The notes under the pieces: generated by a model | What the model saw: the letters and a program-made list of their open reading frames with translations, nothing else | The model's database searches: none | What the model was told of the DNA's origin: nothing | Source of the DNA: Oculatellaceae cyanobacterium bins.114 | GTDB lineage: Bacteria > Cyanobacteriota > Cyanobacteriia > Elainellales > Elainellaceae | Assembly: GCA_033764315.1 (NCBI GenBank) | Contig: JANRJA010000137.1 | Location: 32,001 to 96,000, forward strand | Direction: 5' to 3' | DNA: 64,000 bases | Translations under genes and position numbers: made by a program | Shown: in pieces, positions 60,242 through 64,000 of the stretch | Position numbering within the stretch: position 1 is the stretch's first letter | Layout of the letters: every line of letters starts with the position of its first letter

Positions 60242-60421
60242 CTAGCCTAAAAAATAATCATCTAACTTAGCCAATAGCTCATCCCAGACTGGATCAACTC
60301 CATGTTCTTGACGCTTTCGTTGTTGCAGCGATCGCACAGCTTCAGTAAGGGATTGGTCAGTACTAATAGATTGACGGATCTCCTCGATTAGCTGGTCGAG
60401 GTCAGTTTCGGATGAGTCCAT
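60242..60421 (-). CDS. small hypothetical helical protein
   Basis: MDSSETDLDQLIEEIRQ...WDELLAKLDDYFLG; start uncertain. Confidence 0.5.
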   Translation of the reverse strand: MDSSETDLDQLIEEIRQSISTDQSLTEAVRSLQQRKRQEHGVDPVWDELLAKLDDYFLG

Positions 60422-60712
60422 GATAGGTGTAACCGCAAGGAGCGAGGTTGAATACATATCTGTGTTGAGTTGTGCTGATATGCTTAAGATACCCAAAGCA
60501 AAAGGGCACTCTCTTCGCCCTTCCGGTTCACCCAATGTAATGATCCAGCTGCGTGACTCAACGCCACACCTAATATAGCCGGAACGAGTTCGGTTATTTT
60601 TGCTGAAATTTTATTCAAAGCTTTTGTTTGATTGATCAACATCGCAAGAGGATGTTGCTGCCCTATCTATAACTTCTATAAAACGTTGCTAGAGAGTTAT
60701 ACGTTAGACCAG

Positions 60713-60786
60713 GGCGAATGATGGGACTCGAACCCACGAATGGCGGTACCACAAACCGCTGCCTTAACCACTTGGCTACACTCGCC
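60713..60786 (-). tRNA. trnH: tRNA-His (GUG)
   Basis: Reverse complement G-GCGAGTGTAGCCAAGTGGTTAAGGCAGCGGTTTGTGGTACCGCCATTCGTGGGTTCGAGTCCCATCATTCGC-C: cloverleaf, GTG anticodon, G-1 and C73; CCA not encoded. Confidence 0.95.
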
Positions 60787-60925
60787 ATTAATTATGTGAT
60801 TATAACATCTTCTCTGTACTGGCAAGCCGAAATTGGTTGTAATTTTCAGCGTACTGGCAAGCCGGGATGGGTCGTAAGTTTTAGCTTGCTATAGTCTTGA
60901 AAGGGTTTAGTTGAGTCTAGAGCAT

Positions 60926-61315
60926 ATGAAAGGGTTGACGATTGGCGCATATTTAGTAGGTGCAGCACTGGTGGGGGTAGGAGTCGCTATGGCACTGACG
61001 AACCCCGGTCAAGCTGCTTACGATGAGTATGCAACGGAACAATTAACGCAATATCTCAAAGACAACGCCTGTACACAGGCTCCTAGCTTGTTTGGCAATC
61101 GCCTACAAGAGCAATGTGGAGAACTGTTAGATGACAATCAATCTAAAGTCCGCCAGTTTATCTCACGCAACACTGAACGGCAAAATTTTTTGATTTTGAG
61201 TGTGTATAAAACTGACTTGGCGATCGCGGAATTGGGTCCACTCTTGCCGTCTTACCACTTTGAAACGATTGGAGTGTTTCAGCAGTTCTATATCTATAAG
61301 GCTGCAAAACAATAA
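60926..61315 (+). CDS. DUF4359-type membrane-anchored protein
   Basis: TM then MALTNP..AAY..YA, two Cys, RQNFLILSVY, FETIG. Confidence 0.75.
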   Translation: MKGLTIGAYLVGAALVGVGVAMALTNPGQAAYDEYATEQLTQYLKDNACTQAPSLFGNRLQEQCGELLDDNQSKVRQFISRNTERQNFLILSVYKTDLAIAELGPLLPSYHFETIGVFQQFYIYKAAKQ

Positions 61316-61489
61316 GCCCGTTCAGGGTTGTCTTCTTGACCTCGTTGCCCAATCAACGATTACCTGTTGCCAGCCACATATCCCCTGTGTCAGTCGATCG
61401 TAGGCAATTGGCTCAAGAGTGTCATAGTCGGTGTGATCAAAGGGATATCGAAAGGGCGCGGCATTGCAGTGACACTAACTCAACGTGAA

Positions 61490-61736
61490 TTCGGGATAAG
61501 GATTTTGGTGGTTGAAACCGCAACTACAGGAGCAAAACCGACCTGATATGAAATCTGGCTGCTTCCCTGTTGTAAGGCTAGGCTAAAACCTTTGTCTGTA
61601 GGAAAGTAACTAGTAAGCAACTAGCCGGATTTTGTATGAGTCGGTTCACTCAACCCTTGATTTTCTGCAGTTCGCAAAGGCGAACTTCGCTCTGATAGCC
61701 GCGAATTTATTCGCTAGGCTTTTAAACCGAACTGAC
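61490..61736. repeat. dispersed repeat family C, copy 3 (MITE-like, with extra internal DNA)
   Basis: TTCGGGATAAGGATTTTGG..GGTTGAAACCGC ... AGCCGCGAATTTATTCGC ... TTAAACCGAACTGAC. Confidence 0.8.
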
Positions 61737-61832
61737 ACTAACCCAACAGGAGCGATCGCCACAATCAGGATTGCTCCTAGTATGCCCAGACGAGCGATCG
61801 CTGCCCGATGAATGAGCTATAGATGTTTCCGC

Positions 61833-63128
61833 TTATCGCTCATCCCACTCCGCTGCCGCATCTGTAACAGCTTGATCCACCGTCTTCTCCTCTAACATTG
61901 CTGCTTGCAAGTTGTTATAAATGATCTTTTGCAATTCACGAATGTCTTCTAAAGGAGGCAACAACACCTCAGCATCTTGCATTTGACCCGCACTAATAGA
62001 ACGCGCCTTTTCCACAGAGGTTGCATTCTCTGGGAGAGCTGTAAAGTGAGGATCTGCCAGGGCATCAGTGGTCGAGGGTAAGACATTGGCGGCTTTGGCA
62101 AACGACAGTTGATTGTCGTTGTTTGTGACAAACAGGGCAAATTTAAGGGCTGCATCCGGTTGATCGGTGCTGCGTGGAATCAAAAGATTCATCACGGCAA
62201 CACTCCGCTTGCCTGTTGCACCCGTGATTTGAGGAGCCGCTGCTGACACGTTGGCGATCGCAGGGGCATTGATCTCAATCGTTTTAAGAAACTCAGGACT
62301 GGAAGAGAGCACGGCTGTCTCACCCTGTTGATAAAGTTCGATGCCGCGTCGATGTCCTTGTGTTAAAACTTCCTTAGGCAGCAAATCTTGTTGATAGAGA
62401 TCGACCCAGAATTGAAATGCTGTTTTTCCTTCAGGGGTGTTAAAAGCCGCTTTACCTGCATCATCCACCAAGGTCACGCCCATTTGTACCAACGACTGCA
62501 TCACTTCAGCGGAGTCTTCTGGCACAAACGTGACAAAGTAAGCGTACTTGCCTGTCGTGTCTTTAATGGTGCGAGCCGCTTGTGCTAGCTCTTCATAGCT
62601 GTTGGGAGCCTGGTCTAATCCTGCTTGTTTTAGCAACTCGGTGTTATAGATAGCGACGCTGCTTGTGAGATACCAGGGAATGCCAAAACTTTTGCCGTTT
62701 AGGGTGCTGGCTTGCCAGATTTTAGGAAGATAGTGTTGTTGAATATCAGTTGGAATTTGATCATCGAGTTCTAACCAGGCGTTGCGTCCAGCAAGTTGAG
62801 CTGCAAAATCAGGGTTAAGGTTAACAACATCGGGGGCAGTTCCAGCAGAAACAGCCGTCAAAATTTTACTCTGCATGTCTGCCCAGGGCACATCAACCCA
62901 ACGCACTTTGATGCCAGGATTATCACTTTCAAACTCAGCAATTAACTGATTAAAGTAATCGGTGAATTGGGGTTGAAGTTGCATTGTCCAAAATTCGACT
63001 TCTGCTGCCCCAGAGGTTGATTGTTGTGATTGAGAGGAGGTTGGGCTGCAACTGCTGATCACCCAACTCAGTAACAAGCCCAGGAGGGCAAAGATACCCA
63101 GTTTTTTCCAAATTCTGATGCGTCTCAT
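61833..63128 (-). CDS. carbohydrate ABC substrate-binding lipoprotein
   Basis: Lipobox ISSC, EFWTMQLQP, APDVVNLNP, GIPWY. Confidence 0.9.
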   Translation of the reverse strand: MRRIRIWKKLGIFALLGLLLSWVISSCSPTSSQSQQSTSGAAEVEFWTMQLQPQFTDYFNQLIAEFESDNPGIKVRWVDVPWADMQSKILTAVSAGTAPDVVNLNPDFAAQLAGRNAWLELDDQIPTDIQQHYLPKIWQASTLNGKSFGIPWYLTSSVAIYNTELLKQAGLDQAPNSYEELAQAARTIKDTTGKYAYFVTFVPEDSAEVMQSLVQMGVTLVDDAGKAAFNTPEGKTAFQFWVDLYQQDLLPKEVLTQGHRRGIELYQQGETAVLSSSPEFLKTIEINAPAIANVSAAAPQITGATGKRSVAVMNLLIPRSTDQPDAALKFALFVTNNDNQLSFAKAANVLPSTTDALADPHFTALPENATSVEKARSISAGQMQDAEVLLPPLEDIRELQKIIYNNLQAAMLEEKTVDQAVTDAAAEWDER

Positions 63129-64000
63129 GCGTGGCTTAGTAGGTTGCTAAAAGTTGCCAGGGGCGAGCGATTTGATCGAGATCAATCCACTGGGATCAAT
63201 CCATCGGGATCAACCCACCGTTGTTGATAAGTATTGAACGGCAGGCAGCGGTGTAGCCATTATCGCTGATTTAGAGATCAGCGTTGTGATCCAACGGCAA
63301 ACCTCAGCATACAGGGGCGATCGCCCACCTTCCCTCACGGGTACTCTCTACCATCAGAGAGATTGTCAAGGCACTAATTTATAAATAAAAGTAGTGAAAT
63401 TAAAAAATAATGCTATATATAGAGGAAACTTAATCCAGTTTTTTCTTTCAACGCTATATATAGCAAGTCTTTCAAGTGATCGACTTTGCTTAATCAGAGG
63501 TGTCGTCTATCTACATTAGTCAGCAAAATTGCAAATGTGAAGAGCTGATCGTCTTTATGGCTATGCTCTTGGATGCGTTTTTTGACCTAAGTTCTCACTA
63601 AAATTTTTCACAAGTATACGCTTTTTTCTCAACTGTGTGTAATATCGCTAATAAAAGAGGGTATTTTTTACTAACTGACCTGATGAGAGACAACCGTTTT
63701 TGAATTGGGTCATGACCCGAGTTGACCATAAGTTCGGGGAGCAGTTTTACTCGTTTTTCCCATTCACGAGATCGGTTTGAGAAATTTTTAGAAGAAATAT
63801 TCATTAAAGTTTGTATCCTTTGCAATAATGTGGAAATTCTCAATTAAATTGGATAGCATGCAATAGCATTAATCATGCGTATAATAAAGTCTTTCCAAAA
63901 TTACTTCAGTTTAAAAAAGCTTGCCTCACTTCTCCTAACTTTATCGATTGGCAGGAAAAACGGTGGCTAGTGTCTTCAAGAATTTGTTCGCAAAGAAAAC

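Larger units (their letters stand above)
1..64000. repeat. HIP1 octamer GCGATCGC dispersed throughout the window
   Basis: Very frequent GCGATCGC in coding and non-coding DNA, the known cyanobacterial highly iterated palindrome. Confidence 0.95.

Noticed and set aside
57850..60712. Island integrated at the tRNA-His 3' end
   Set aside because: No duplicated tRNA 3' end (att) found by eye, no integrase, and HIP1 sites and composition look native.
63598..63843. 81-aa ORF
   Set aside because: TTG start, no RBS or motif, and AT-rich context; not supportable.

Overview
This window is cyanobacterial chromosome: the HIP1 octamer GCGATCGC is dense throughout, and it carries psbH/psbN, the beta-carboxysome ccm operon and NDH-1(4) genes. 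Most of it is housekeeping. In order: glgC, an alkA-like glycosylase, hydA divergent from a PotABCD-like ABC importer with NtcA-type sites between them, murI, a BrnT/BrnA toxin-antitoxin pair, a WD40 Ser/Thr kinase, psbN-psbH-tatA-pth, a GH38 alpha-mannosidase, cpcS, ccmK2K1LMNO divergent from ndhF4-ndhD4-cupB, hrcA, TpsB plus a CHAT protease, a PgpH-like 7TM-HD protein, an FtsX/DevC-type ABC system, wrbA-like/hxlR, folC, sugar ABC components and tRNA-His. Many intergenic regions hold small dispersed repeats or MITE-like elements; some are nested, and one family sits in frame inside a CDS. The best novelty candidate is a cluster of four uncharacterised envelope genes at about 57.9-60.2 kb, preceded by a LexA box. 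It encodes a 3-TM protein, an unannotated 32-aa peptide, a bitopic protein and a secreted protein with a lysozyme-like motif. Other candidates are a TPR gene enclosed by 18-bp inverted repeats, a CcmM whose carbonic anhydrase residues have decayed, an unannotated 36-aa membrane micro-ORF and a possible sRNA or attenuator. All family assignments come from motif recognition by eye; no searches were run.
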